Part shown: piece by piece, positions 48,618 to 58,817 of the stretch
How positions within the stretch are numbered: position 1 is the stretch's first letter
Layout of the letters: each line of letters opens with the position of its first letter
Origin: an uncultured Schleiferiaceae bacterium
GTDB lineage: Bacteria > Bacteroidota > Bacteroidia > Flavobacteriales > Schleiferiaceae
Reading direction: 5' to 3'
NCBI GenBank assembly: GCA_963974215.1
Contig: CAXBBL010000010.1
Coordinates: forward strand, 1 to 64,000
Length of the DNA stretch: 64,000 bases
Program-made: the position numbers and the translations under genes
Notes under the pieces: generated by a model
The model's input: the letters and a program-made list of their open reading frames with translations, nothing else
What the model was told of the DNA's origin: nothing
Database searches by the model: none

Positions 48618-49913
48618 ATGCTCAACAAAGCCTTGCTCAACAAGCTAATTGGAAGTAACAAAGAGCTACCGATTGAAAGCCGCCTTCTAAACGGCATTAG
48701 TCTCTTCTCTAGTCTGGCCATGCTTATATTATGTATCAGTATTTTTATCTATGGCAATAACAAATTGGCACTAGGCCTGCTTACTTCTTCCTTAATTTTT
48801 GCCACTAGCTACTATTTAGGTTTCAGAAGAGGAGAAAATCTATACAGTCAATGGGTCTTTATACTATCGGTTAGTTTCACTGCAAATCTTAGCTTTAGTT
48901 ACTTTAATGGGATAAGCAGTCCGGGCTTTTACGGTCTCATTATAGGTTTTTTTGTAGCCCAACTTTGCGCTCCTAGTCAACGTTGGAAATTAATCTACTA
49001 CCTATTTTTCACCCTTTTAGGTATTTATTTCATCTTTCTGAAAAGCGAAGAAATAACTGCACTGCACTTTATTTACTTCATTGGCTATCTGCTATTTACG
49101 GCAGTGTTGTTTTTTGGTCTCAGCTTATTAATGGCCGCCTATCGCTCTATGGCAGATAAGGCTTCCGCAGAAGGTGAAGAATTAAAAAAGAGCAATCTTC
49201 TAATACATGAACAGCTGCAGGAAATGCGTGATTTAAATGAGCAAAAAGACCGACTGTTCTCCATTATTGGTCACGATTTACGCAATCCTCTGAATGCCAT
49301 TGAGGGCTTTATGAGTGTGCTTGAGCAAGATGAAATTAGTGCCGATATTCAAAAAGAATTACAAAAGGAATTATTAAAGCTAACGCGCGGCAGTCGCACA
49401 CTGCTCGATAATTTGTTAGAATGGTCGCGTCGCGAAGCCAAAGCTTATACCATTGAGGGAGTAAATATTAAAGAAATTGCCGATCGCGTAAACGACACGA
49501 TGGAAAGTCTTGCAAAAGCAAAGCAAATTAACATCCATATTCTAGTTAATAATCAGGATCCAAAAGTTTTAGCCGATAAGCAAGTTTTGGAACTTACCCT
49601 GCGCAATCTTATTGGCAACGCGATAAAATTTAGTCCTCAACATGGCTGGGTAAAACTGCGATCGTACGAGTTTCAAGAGTCCATTCATATTGAAATAGAA
49701 GACAATGGCTTAGGCATGGATCAAAGGCAAATTGAGCGACTCTTTACCAAAGGCCGTGAAATTAAGGAGGGCACGGCAAAAGAAAAAGGCGTCGGCCTAG
49801 GGCTTCTACTTTGTCAAGAGTTTATTCAGAAAATGAAGGGAGAAATAAGTGTTCGCAGCACCTTAAATAAAGGCAGTTGCTTTACTATTATCCTTCCCAA
49901 AGAAAATCAATAG
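48618..49913 (+). CDS. Sensor histidine kinase (membrane sensor + HisKA + HATPase_c)
   Basis: 431 aa. Roughly 6 N-terminal TM helices. H-box FSIIGHDLRNPLN. N box LIGNAIKFS. G boxes DNGLGMD and GVGLGL. Confidence 0.85.
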   Translation: MLNKALLNKLIGSNKELPIESRLLNGISLFSSLAMLILCISIFIYGNNKLALGLLTSSLIFATSYYLGFRRGENLYSQWVFILSVSFTANLSFSYFNGISSPGFYGLIIGFFVAQLCAPSQRWKLIYYLFFTLLGIYFIFLKSEEITALHFIYFIGYLLFTAVLFFGLSLLMAAYRSMADKASAEGEELKKSNLLIHEQLQEMRDLNEQKDRLFSIIGHDLRNPLNAIEGFMSVLEQDEISADIQKELQKELLKLTRGSRTLLDNLLEWSRREAKAYTIEGVNIKEIADRVNDTMESLAKAKQINIHILVNNQDPKVLADKQVLELTLRNLIGNAIKFSPQHGWVKLRSYEFQESIHIEIEDNGLGMDQRQIERLFTKGREIKEGTAKEKGVGLGLLLCQEFIQKMKGEISVRSTLNKGSCFTIILPKENQ

Positions 49914-50006
49914 ACTAATTGGTTCTTATCATCTCACCTTAAAAGAAGTTCGAGCTAAATTAAGGCATTCGATTTTCAATCAAATTCAGCTTAGTACCTT
50001 AGCACC

Positions 50007-50555
50007 ATGGATGAAAACAAAATCCCTTCAAGCCTTTATGCCGAAGATAATCAGCAAGCTCACCAGCATTGTAAAATTTGCGGGGTAAACCTACTTGAAG
50101 TTGATACCTACGGCATTCAAAAAGTTTATAAAAACTATCCTGATCAAGAGGAAGCTCAGGTTCTTTTTGACTTTGCTCTTTGCATGCCTTGCATGGAAAG
50201 TGCCCGAGCGGAACTTAGCCAAGAATCTCGTCAAAGGATTGATTTGTTTATGCGAGAAAAAATGATGGATTTAGCTCTAGCTGGTATCAGCCCTAGTGAA
50301 AGATACCACAATCACCAGTGTACTTTAAGTGGAAAAGATCTTAATGAAGCCCATGACTATCAAGTTATTGCTATCTGCCAAAGCGATAATTTGGTGGAGA
50401 GCCCTATCTACATAAGTGATGTTATTTTAGATGAAATACAAGAACTACTTTCTGCGAAAAGTAGAGATGAGTTAGACCGCTTTACTGAAAACAATCTCGA
50501 TTGGCCGCCCGAACTAAAAGCTTTGATAAAACAAGGTGACTGGCTGCCTATTTAA
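50007..50555 (+). CDS. Zinc-ribbon (CxxC...CxxC) protein of unknown function
   Basis: 182 aa. CKICGVN...CMPCMESA forms a Cys4 cluster. The stop codon overlaps the first bases of MITE copy C. Confidence 0.5.
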   Translation: MDENKIPSSLYAEDNQQAHQHCKICGVNLLEVDTYGIQKVYKNYPDQEEAQVLFDFALCMPCMESARAELSQESRQRIDLFMREKMMDLALAGISPSERYHNHQCTLSGKDLNEAHDYQVIAICQSDNLVESPIYISDVILDEIQELLSAKSRDELDRFTENNLDWPPELKALIKQGDWLPI

Positions 50556-50816
50556 CGTGAGTTCGACGTAAAATCAGGCCTCAGACCTCTTGTAAATAGT
50601 GGGTTTCAAGCCGAAGCAGCGAAGCAATAGCGGGCTATTGTGAGCTGCTGAGGCGTGGAAAGCCGCTTTTTAGAAGGGGCCTAAACGGATTTTCCAATAA
50701 AAATGAAAATCCTGCATCTAGCTCATTTGCTGTAGCCCGCTACAGCTGCACGATCCAGACTAGTCTTTTCCTTCCATTGAAAATCTGAGGCTCTAATTTA
50801 TTGTCGAATTCACGTT
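50554..50816 (+). repeat. MITE-like repeat, copy C (263 bp, carries a 74-bp internal insertion)
   Basis: Same ends as copies A and B. The extra segment cctgcatctagctcatttgctgtagcccgctacagctgcacg... contains the palindrome gctgtagc-ccg-ctacagc. Confidence 0.8.
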
Positions 50817-50839
50817 ATTTAAGATCGCAATTATGTTGC

Positions 50840-51601
50840 TTAAAGCTTCAAGCTGATGCCATTACTAAGCTTGTAAGTTTGCTGCGGAATATTGGGTAAA
50901 GCCACTGGAAAGGCATCAAAAGCATATTGTACATTAAAAGTAAAGTTTAAAGATTTCCAAATCTTAAAGGACAATTGCCCCTGCAGGGAGACTCGATAAT
51001 CCTCGAATTTATCCACGCGCGGCTGAAAGTAGGCAATGAACAAATAGCTGAAATCTGTGGAAGGATGCCAATTAAGATTGAGATAGGAACTTAATCGTAA
51101 ATCCTGATGCTGAGCCGCAGTTTCTATTTCTTCATCGTATTCTGCCATTAGTAAATGCCCGGTATAAAAGCTCAATTTCTTGCGCTTATGCAGAGAGGCT
51201 CGCAAGCCAGCACCCAGTAAATATCTTTGATTGATCTTAAGTGGAACGTCCATCTGGGCTTGACCGAAATACTCAAAACTCCAATATTTATTAATGCTAT
51301 TTTCAAAACGTAGGTGCAAGAAACCACTGCGTTCAATATCATTATTATTGGTACTGCTAAAACTGAAGTTTGTGAGAAATATGGCCCTGAATTTATTTTG
51401 CTGAAACTGTAATCCCGAGCTATTATTAAAGCTCATTAAGCGTTGGGTATTTTGCAGGAGACCGAAATTGAATTGCTCGTTAAAGCTCCAACGACTGGTA
51501 TCGGCACTACTGCGAAATTGTTCAATATTCACAATCTGCCCTGGCAAAAAGGTGGTAGGCAAACTAAACAACAATATGAGACGTATTACTTTTAAGACCA
51601 T
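50840..51601 (-). CDS. Putative outer-membrane beta-barrel protein (DUF2490-like)
   Basis: 253 aa. Signal peptide. Alternating hydrophobic pattern with a C-terminal aromatic-rich end. Confidence 0.45.
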   Translation of the reverse strand: MVLKVIRLILLFSLPTTFLPGQIVNIEQFRSSADTSRWSFNEQFNFGLLQNTQRLMSFNNSSGLQFQQNKFRAIFLTNFSFSSTNNNDIERSGFLHLRFENSINKYWSFEYFGQAQMDVPLKINQRYLLGAGLRASLHKRKKLSFYTGHLLMAEYDEEIETAAQHQDLRLSSYLNLNWHPSTDFSYLFIAYFQPRVDKFEDYRVSLQGQLSFKIWKSLNFTFNVQYAFDAFPVALPNIPQQTYKLSNGISLKL

Positions 51602-51695
51602 GGGTCAAAAATAAGTTTAAGATTGTGGCTGCCTCTGCTCCCAACAATAAAATATTAATGACCTTTGTTTAAATCAGTAAAAATCAATCTAGCAT

Positions 51696-52307
51696 ATGAG
51701 CTTACGAATAAGCCTTTTAGTTTTCAGCATTTTAGTCTCACTTACTGGCTTCTCCCAAAATACCAAAGCTTTAAGCGATAGTTTAAAAAGTCAAATTAGC
51801 CTATTTGTAAGTAATCATGCCGATAGTCACGAAAAGGATTATCTAAATATTCCTTCCCGAGAAATGGGTGGACTTGAAGATGAGGCCTTTATGTGGAGCG
51901 ATAAATTCCGTTTAGAGAGTAAAGAAGAATTTAAAAACACCTTAGGCTACACCACGGAAAGAAAAATTTACTTCAACTTTTACTTTTACGAGACCGAACT
52001 AGATCGTCAGTACGCACTTAAAAATTGGATGGACAATTTTATTGAGGGGAAAAGTATTCGCGCCGCACGTCCGGTTAGAACCTTTCAGTACGCTACTCCT
52101 ACTATAATTCTGATTAATAAGCAGAATATAATCGTTTGCACCTACGACTGTAAATATTACGATGAGGACAATTATGATTACTGGAAAAAAACTCTGATGA
52201 CTTATTTTGGTGATCGTCGTGAAACCATGCTCATCGAAATTCTTTGCGACGGACCATTGGAGTGGACAAAAAATGCCCCCGACCCTAAAGTCAGAGGCTT
52301 ATTTTAA
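51696..52307 (+). CDS. Hypothetical secreted protein
   Basis: 203 aa. Signal peptide. Confidence 0.45.
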   Translation: MSLRISLLVFSILVSLTGFSQNTKALSDSLKSQISLFVSNHADSHEKDYLNIPSREMGGLEDEAFMWSDKFRLESKEEFKNTLGYTTERKIYFNFYFYETELDRQYALKNWMDNFIEGKSIRAARPVRTFQYATPTIILINKQNIIVCTYDCKYYDEDNYDYWKKTLMTYFGDRRETMLIEILCDGPLEWTKNAPDPKVRGLF

Positions 52308-52903
52308 TTTTCATCCAATTGCGCCAATCTCATTTCTAAAAGATCGGTATACGATTTAAAGGTCTTTTTATTGAGCCACTTAGCGGAGTAATGTGCTATG
52401 GGTGTTATTATTAGTAAGGTCACTAGTAATATCAACCAGATTTCTGGCTTTTCCATGGCTTCGTCCATTCTTCCTGCCTGAGACAAACTAAATACATAGC
52501 CAGCACTCCCAGCAAATGGGTATAATAACAAACCCGCTCTTTCTTCTAAGCGTACCGTCTTATGAATATTTTCTAAATAACCTTGTAACACCTCCTTCAC
52601 GCTCATTTGACTCGGATCAAATGCTTTAGCAATCCGATATTGCCTAATAAAAAAGATCAGGCCTAAAATATGAAACAGACCGATAAAGGTGAATAGGGCT
52701 TTGCCTATGAGTGATGCAACTATGAAAATGGCCAAAAAGTAGAAGGGAGTAAAGATGGCGGTAAAAGCAATTTTCCAAGCCAGTCTTTTATTGAGCTTGC
52801 GAATTACATCTTCTTTTTTAAGATGCATTCCCTTTTTAATATCTCCCTTGAGCAAAAGATTCTCTTCCTTGTCCATTTCTTGCCAAGAGCTCTTAATTTC
52901 CAT
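52304..52903 (-). CDS. Membrane protein downstream of the ECF sigma factor (possible anti-sigma factor)
   Basis: 199 aa. Cytoplasmic N-terminus followed by several TM helices. Overlaps the sigma gene by 11 nt. Confidence 0.45.
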   Translation of the reverse strand: MEIKSSWQEMDKEENLLLKGDIKKGMHLKKEDVIRKLNKRLAWKIAFTAIFTPFYFLAIFIVASLIGKALFTFIGLFHILGLIFFIRQYRIAKAFDPSQMSVKEVLQGYLENIHKTVRLEERAGLLLYPFAGSAGYVFSLSQAGRMDEAMEKPEIWLILLVTLLIITPIAHYSAKWLNKKTFKSYTDLLEMRLAQLDEN

Positions 52904-53381
52904 TAATTTTCTCTTTAAGGTTTAATGCTAATTTTTCTTTAATGCGATGCAGCTTAACAGCCACATGGTTTTTACTAATTCCCGCGATAAGCGCTATGTC
53001 GTCGTTACTATATCCATCTAGGTGAAGCATTATTATTAGTTTCTCTGCATCATTAAACTGACGTATATATTTAATAAGTAACTCCTTTGAATCGCTTAAA
53101 GTGTCGCTATTGCGAATCGCTGTTTGTTCTGGAACTGATCTACGTTTTTCTTCTTTAGCCTTATGTGTTAAGGCTGTGTTCAGAGCAATTTTATAGAGCC
53201 ATGTAGAAAACTTACTCTCTCCCTTAAAACGAGGATAAGAGCGCCAGGCTTGATAGATCACTTCCTGTCGCAGATCTTCAGCATCATCACTATTGTGGGC
53301 GTAAATACGCGTCACTTTATAAATGATACCGGCGTTTTCTTCCAGTAAAGCGACAAATTTTTTCTCCAAATCTTCTTTCAC
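52893..53381 (-). CDS. RNA polymerase ECF-type sigma-70 factor
   Basis: 162 aa. Region 2 (DAEDLRQEVIYQAWRSY) and region 4 HTH (DIALIAGISKNHVAVKLHR). Confidence 0.85.
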   Translation of the reverse strand: MKEDLEKKFVALLEENAGIIYKVTRIYAHNSDDAEDLRQEVIYQAWRSYPRFKGESKFSTWLYKIALNTALTHKAKEEKRRSVPEQTAIRNSDTLSDSKELLIKYIRQFNDAEKLIIMLHLDGYSNDDIALIAGISKNHVAVKLHRIKEKLALNLKEKINGN

Positions 53382-53389
53382 AAGAAAGT

Positions 53390-54268
53390 CTATTTAAGTT
53401 GCAAGGCTTTTAAAGTATAGCCTTCATCTCGCAATAATTTTAGTAAACCTAATTCTCCCGGTAAATGCAGAGCACCAACCGCAATAAAGGTAGAGCCCTC
53501 GGCCAGTAGAGGCTTTAATTTTGGAATCCAATTTTCATTTCTCTCATCTAATAATTTGGTCATGTCACCCATATCTTCTTCGTAATCATTTGAGATATCT
53601 ACCATAGCATCCAAATCCTGTTGGATATAGGCTTGAATAGTATTCTGCGTCATTTCCTGCATTTCCTCTGGCTCCTTAACCATATACATCAGTGCTTCCA
53701 ATTGATCTTCAATTGTTTCACTATTAAATAAAAGCTCCATTTGCTCTAACATAGTTTCCAATGGATGAATGTTTTTATTCTTCTTTTTGGCGTCAGTGGC
53801 AAAAAATTGATCAATGGGCATTCCTTTAAATAAAAAAGTGTCTGGAGTTTCAACATTTGCCATTTGTAAAGTTAGCATGGTGGCTAAAGCCATAGGTTTC
53901 ATATTATCAAGAAGTGCCATAGGTGCACCTACCAAAGGCTCAACCTTTTCCTTTAACAAAAGATAATCCGCAGAATCTAGCATGCCCTTTATCGATTGTT
54001 GCATCATCGAGTATTGCACCATCTGCGGAAGCAGAGCCGAGTCAATAACCGTTTCTACCACAATGTTATTCGCACTACTATAAACTTTGTTTAGGGTTGG
54101 ATTCTCATTTATAAAATCAGACCCCAGTAAGTGGTAAGTCCCAAATAGATAGGAAACTTTTCCTTCCGGACCAGAAATCTCCCACAATAAAGATTTTCTA
54201 TTTTCGCTTTGCGCAGATGCGAACAAAGCAGTAAACAAGAGGACGATAAGTGTAAGTACTTTTTTCAT
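53390..54268 (-). CDS. TraB/GumN-family protein
   Basis: 292 aa. Signal peptide. The conserved GxxH motif is present as GTYHLL, and the family carries GALHL near the C-terminus. Confidence 0.7.
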   Translation of the reverse strand: MKKVLTLIVLLFTALFASAQSENRKSLLWEISGPEGKVSYLFGTYHLLGSDFINENPTLNKVYSSANNIVVETVIDSALLPQMVQYSMMQQSIKGMLDSADYLLLKEKVEPLVGAPMALLDNMKPMALATMLTLQMANVETPDTFLFKGMPIDQFFATDAKKKNKNIHPLETMLEQMELLFNSETIEDQLEALMYMVKEPEEMQEMTQNTIQAYIQQDLDAMVDISNDYEEDMGDMTKLLDERNENWIPKLKPLLAEGSTFIAVGALHLPGELGLLKLLRDEGYTLKALQLK

Positions 54269-54335
54269 GATTTAAATTTACCCTATTGGTAGGATAAAGG
54301 ACACGAAAATTACAAGAACTCAAAAAAAAATTAAA

Positions 54336-55874
54336 TTAATTCACCCAGCTCTCCCTATCTAGGCTTCTATATTGCACCGCTTCCGCTAGATGATTAGGTT
54401 CTATATCCTCACTATTATCAAGATCTGCGATGGTACGAGCCACTTTCAAAATTCGATCATAAGCCCTTCCACTTAAATTTAATTTTTCAATGGCGGCCCG
54501 CAGTAAATCCATTCCTTCTTTAGATAATTCACATACTTGCCTTAATTGTTTAGACTCCATCTGGGCATTGGCATGGATACTTTCCAACTTAGCAAAGCGT
54601 TCATTTTGAATATTCCGTGCTTTAATCACCCTTTCTCTAATTATCACACTTTTCTCGGCTAATTGCTTAGAGGATATTTCTTCAATCCCCACGGGCGTCA
54701 CCTCTACATGTAGGTCGATACGATCTAATAAAGGTCCCGAAATTTTATTTAAATATTTCTGTACCATACCTGGTCCACAAACACATTCTTTGGTAGGATG
54801 ATTATAATAACCACAAGGACAAGGATTCATAGAAGCAACCAGCATGAAGGAAGCAGGAAAATCGACCGACAGGCGAGCACGACTTACGGTTACCTTGCGA
54901 TCTTCCATTGGTTGCCGCATCACTTCTAAAACGGTTCTTTTAAATTCAGGTAATTCATCCAGAAATAAAATACCATTATTCGCTAGTGATATTTCGCCCG
55001 GTTGCGGAAAACTTCCGCCGCCAACAAGGGCGACATCGCTAATAGAATGATGGGGCGAGCGAAAGGGTCTTTGAGCGATAATGCTGCCATTCTTACCAAG
55101 CTTACCCGCTACAGAATGAACCTTGGTTGTTTCTAAAGCCTCACTTAAACTTAAAGGAGGTAATATAGTAGGCATTCTTTTCGCCAACATAGTTTTACCA
55201 GCTCCGGGGGGACCAATTAATAGAACATTATGTCCACCGGCGGCGGCAATCTCTAAAGCTCTTTTAATATTCTCTTGTCCTTTTACCTCAGAAAAATCGA
55301 TAGAAGGGTTTTCTAAATGTACCTCAAACTCTTTACTTGAATCCACTTTAATAGGTGAAAAGGCTTCTTTATTCTTTAGTATCTCAACAGTATCCTTTAA
55401 ATCCTTCGCGGCATAAACGTCTATGCCCTCTACTATCGCTGCTTCCCGTGCATTAACCGCTGGAAGAATCAAAGCCGAATAGCCATCAACTTTGGCTTGT
55501 AAGGCTATCGCTAAAACACCATTTACAGCCATTAAACCACCATCTAATGATAACTCACCTACAATAATAAAAGAATCTAAATCAGGAAAAAACACTTGAT
55601 CAGATGCAGCAAGAATTCCAATTGCAATTGGTAAATCGTAAGCCGATCCCTCTTTTCTTATATCAGCGGGAGCCAGATTTACAGTTATTCTGAACCCTGG
55701 CCAGCGAAAGTCATTGTTTTTCAAAGCGGCTACTATCCTATGTTGACTTTCTTTTATAGCTGAATCCGGTAATCCTACCAAATAAAAGTTTATACCTTGA
55801 TCAATATTTATTTCTACTGTAATCGTCGAAGCATCAACACCATAGACCGCGCTGCCGTAGGTTTTTATTAGCAT
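54336..55874 (-). CDS. comM: YifB/ComM-family Mg-chelatase-like AAA+ ATPase
   Basis: 512 aa. N-terminal Lon-like domain. Walker A LLIGPPGAGKTMLA. The C-terminal Cys cluster CPCGYY...C...C is typical of the family. Confidence 0.85.
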   Translation of the reverse strand: MLIKTYGSAVYGVDASTITVEINIDQGINFYLVGLPDSAIKESQHRIVAALKNNDFRWPGFRITVNLAPADIRKEGSAYDLPIAIGILAASDQVFFPDLDSFIIVGELSLDGGLMAVNGVLAIALQAKVDGYSALILPAVNAREAAIVEGIDVYAAKDLKDTVEILKNKEAFSPIKVDSSKEFEVHLENPSIDFSEVKGQENIKRALEIAAAGGHNVLLIGPPGAGKTMLAKRMPTILPPLSLSEALETTKVHSVAGKLGKNGSIIAQRPFRSPHHSISDVALVGGGSFPQPGEISLANNGILFLDELPEFKRTVLEVMRQPMEDRKVTVSRARLSVDFPASFMLVASMNPCPCGYYNHPTKECVCGPGMVQKYLNKISGPLLDRIDLHVEVTPVGIEEISSKQLAEKSVIIRERVIKARNIQNERFAKLESIHANAQMESKQLRQVCELSKEGMDLLRAAIEKLNLSGRAYDRILKVARTIADLDNSEDIEPNHLAEAVQYRSLDRESWVN

Positions 55875-56020
55875 AATTTTAAGGTTTTTTTACAAAGCTT
55901 GGTTTAATTAATAAAATACTTTACATATTTTATTTAGAATTATTATCGAATTTATATAAATTTGCTCCTGTATTTAAATGGAGAGGGCCATTTAAATATT
56001 TAATTTAATTTCACTTAAAC

Positions 56021-56278
56021 ATGTCTAGAGTACCTAAATCGGCGTACACGCCTAAACAAGTAGCGCAGTATTTAAAGGAACAAATTTCTGTAAGAGGAGA
56101 TCGTGGCCTTAAAACTGCATTTTCAGTTCATTTCTTTTCTCACTTCAGTGGTGAAGAGTTAGAGGACATTACCACTTCATTCCAGGAGGAAATTAGCAAT
56201 CGCTCAACTGCAGAGATTGAAAGACTTCGCGAAATGCTAGAGGCTAAAAGCGGAAAGACTGTAGAGTTGAGAGACTAA
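56021..56278 (+). CDS. Hypothetical small protein
   Basis: 85 aa. Followed by a strong terminator at 56307-56341 (aagacttact/agtaagtctt plus T9). Confidence 0.4.
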   Translation: MSRVPKSAYTPKQVAQYLKEQISVRGDRGLKTAFSVHFFSHFSGEELEDITTSFQEEISNRSTAEIERLREMLEAKSGKTVELRD

Positions 56279-56398
56279 TTTAGTTTCTAAACCGTAATAA
56301 ACGATTAAGACTTACTTTTAAACAAGTAAGTCTTTTTTTTTGAATCAAAGCCGAGGTGGGTTGGCTATATTTGTCCTCCAAAATTTAAGATCCGACAC

Positions 56399-57394
56399 AT
56401 GAGCGACCCGAAAGATGCTAAACTAAAAGCCTTACAACTTACCCTCGACAAACTTGATAAAACCTACGGAAAAGGTGCCGTAATGCGTATGGGGGATTCT
56501 CCCGTTGAAAAAATCGCAACCATCTCTTCCGGCTCATTAGGCCTTGACATCGCTCTAGGCGTGGGTGGTTATCCAAAAGGACGAGTAGTAGAAATATACG
56601 GACCAGAGAGCTCTGGTAAAACGACCCTAACCCTGCACGCTATCGCAGAAGTTCAAAAACAAGGAGGCATCGCCGCCTTTATCGATGCAGAACATGCTTT
56701 CGATAGAACCTATGCCGAAAACTTGGGTATTAATACCGAAGAATTAATCATTTCGCAACCCGATAATGGTGAGCAAGCTTTAGAAATAACTGACAACCTA
56801 ATTCGCTCTGGCGCAATCGACCTAATTATTGTGGATTCTGTAGCCGCTCTTACTCCCAAAAGTGAAATTGAAGGAGAAATGGGTGATAGCAAAATGGGAC
56901 TGCAAGCTCGTTTAATGTCGCAAGCATTGCGTAAATTAACCGGAACTATTAGTAAAACTAATTGCTGCTGTATCTTCATTAACCAATTACGTGAAAAAAT
57001 TGGCGTAGTGTTCGGCAATCCCGAAACAACTACCGGTGGTAATGCCCTTAAGTTTTACTCCTCTGTGCGTTTAGACATTAGAAGAATTTCTCAGATCAAA
57101 GATGCAGATGGTGTAACAGGAAACAGAGCACGTGTTAAAGTAGTTAAAAACAAAGTAGCTCCTCCTTTCCGTCAAGCTGAATTTGACATTGTTTACGGCC
57201 GTGGTATTTCTAAAGTTGGAGAAATCATTGACCTTGGTGTAGAGAAAGAAATTGTTAAAAAAGCGGGTAGCTGGTTTAGCTATGGCGACACCAAACTAGG
57301 ACAAGGTCGCGACGCTGTAAGACAATTACTGGAAGACAACCCCGAACTATCCGACGAAATAGAAGCTAAAATTGTTGCGGCAATAAATAGTTAA
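56399..57394 (+). CDS. recA: Recombinase RecA
   Basis: 331 aa. Walker [10 protein letters not shown]. The L1/L2 loop regions are present. A terminator follows at 57405-57436 (aaccagagtg...cactctggtt plus T6). Confidence 0.95.
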   Translation: MSDPKDAKLKALQLTLDKLDKTYGKGAVMRMGDSPVEKIATISSGSLGLDIALGVGGYPKGRVVEIYGPESSGKTTLTLHAIAEVQKQGGIAAFIDAEHAFDRTYAENLGINTEELIISQPDNGEQALEITDNLIRSGAIDLIIVDSVAALTPKSEIEGEMGDSKMGLQARLMSQALRKLTGTISKTNCCCIFINQLREKIGVVFGNPETTTGGNALKFYSSVRLDIRRISQIKDADGVTGNRARVKVVKNKVAPPFRQAEFDIVYGRGISKVGEIIDLGVEKEIVKKAGSWFSYGDTKLGQGRDAVRQLLEDNPELSDEIEAKIVAAINS

Positions 57395-57465
57395 GATTTT
57401 GTAAAACCAGAGTGATTCCTCACTCTGGTTTTTTTATACCCCTATCTTTGACCCTAATTGCATTT

Positions 57466-58506
57466 ATGAAAAAAGCGCTAACCCTTCTTGTTCTTGCATT
57501 ATTTACTCTAGCCTGTAACAATCCCGGCACTGATTCCACTGATGAGAGTAAATTGTCTAAAACTAGCGATAGTAGCCAGGTAAAGAGCATCAACAAAGTA
57601 AACCCAGAAGATTCTCTCAATATTATTTTAAAGGCAGAACCTAATAATGTGCGGGCTTTATTAATGCGGGCAAGAATAAATTACAATCAGGGAGATCAGC
57701 GCCAAGCCATCTTTGATTTACAAAGACTAAAAGAAATTGACTCGCTAAACCCAGAGATGCTAGTTTTACTTGGCGACATTCAAATGCTAAAGAACCAAAG
57801 CAGAGCGGCTAAAAATTCGTGGGAACTTTGTGCAAAGGTGGACCCCACCGCCATTGACTGCCGCTTAAAACTGGGGCAAATGTATGCCAGTATTAACGAG
57901 CACGAAAAGGCTTTACGCTATCTAGACGAAGTCTTAAAGATTGATGAGTATAATGCTCCTGCCTATTTTTATAAGGGCATCGTCATCCGCAACTTTAAAC
58001 AAGACACCGCTCTTGCGCTCAACTACTTTCAAAAAGCGACTGAGTTAAAACAAGATTATTTTGAGGCCCTTGATATGATGGGGGTAAGCCTAGCTGCTAT
58101 GGGCGACACTTTAGCCCCTTATTACTATCAGCGCATTTTAGACATCGATCCAAACCGACCCGACATACACTACAAATTGGGCGTTTACTATCAGTCACAA
58201 AACGAAACTAACAAAGCTATAGAAGCTTATACTAAGTCCACGCAAATAGATCCAAAAATGAGTGATAGCTATTACAATTTAGGAGTAATATTTATCGACT
58301 TAAAAGAATACGGTGACGCTCGAAACTATTTTTCACAGGCCATAAAGGCCCAACCTAGAAACAACTACAAAGCTTTCTACGGTAGAGCTTATAGCTTTGA
58401 AATGTTGGGGGATGTTATAAATGCCGAAAAAGATTACCGTAAAGCTCTCGAACAGTTACCGATGTATCAACCAGCCATGGAAGGCCTAGCGCGCGTGAAG
58501 AAATGA
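57466..58506 (+). CDS. TPR-repeat lipoprotein
   Basis: Start moved to MKKALTLLVLALFTLAC (lipobox), because the ORF-track start at 57412 overlaps the recA terminator. Multiple TPR-like Ala/Tyr-spaced repeats. Confidence 0.65.
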   Translation: MKKALTLLVLALFTLACNNPGTDSTDESKLSKTSDSSQVKSINKVNPEDSLNIILKAEPNNVRALLMRARINYNQGDQRQAIFDLQRLKEIDSLNPEMLVLLGDIQMLKNQSRAAKNSWELCAKVDPTAIDCRLKLGQMYASINEHEKALRYLDEVLKIDEYNAPAYFYKGIVIRNFKQDTALALNYFQKATELKQDYFEALDMMGVSLAAMGDTLAPYYYQRILDIDPNRPDIHYKLGVYYQSQNETNKAIEAYTKSTQIDPKMSDSYYNLGVIFIDLKEYGDARNYFSQAIKAQPRNNYKAFYGRAYSFEMLGDVINAEKDYRKALEQLPMYQPAMEGLARVKK

Positions 58507-58817
58507 GCATAAACTGGTATAACCGCAGCGCCTGGAGCGACGAAGCACACATTGACTTTTACAAAAACTACAAGCTCGCACCTAAAGAGGAACAAGAAAA
58601 AGCGCTTATCATACAAGCACGCTTGCTCTCTGAAAACAAAGATGCCACTGTTCTTAAAGCGGCCGAATCACTACTTTTACTTTGGATTGCCAATCATTTC
58701 GATCGAGAAAAAGCTAAAGATGTTTATCAGCTTACCATTAAAGTTTGCAAAAGCATGGGCGACATCGATAGGGCTAATCAGTTTGAGTCTTATCTAAAGA
58801 GCCTAAAGCGCCGATAA
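58503..58817 (+). CDS. Hypothetical protein
   Basis: 104 aa. Start overlaps the upstream stop by 4 nt. The 3' end overlaps the convergent GDPD gene. Confidence 0.4.
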   Translation: MSINWYNRSAWSDEAHIDFYKNYKLAPKEEQEKALIIQARLLSENKDATVLKAAESLLLLWIANHFDREKAKDVYQLTIKVCKSMGDIDRANQFESYLKSLKRR

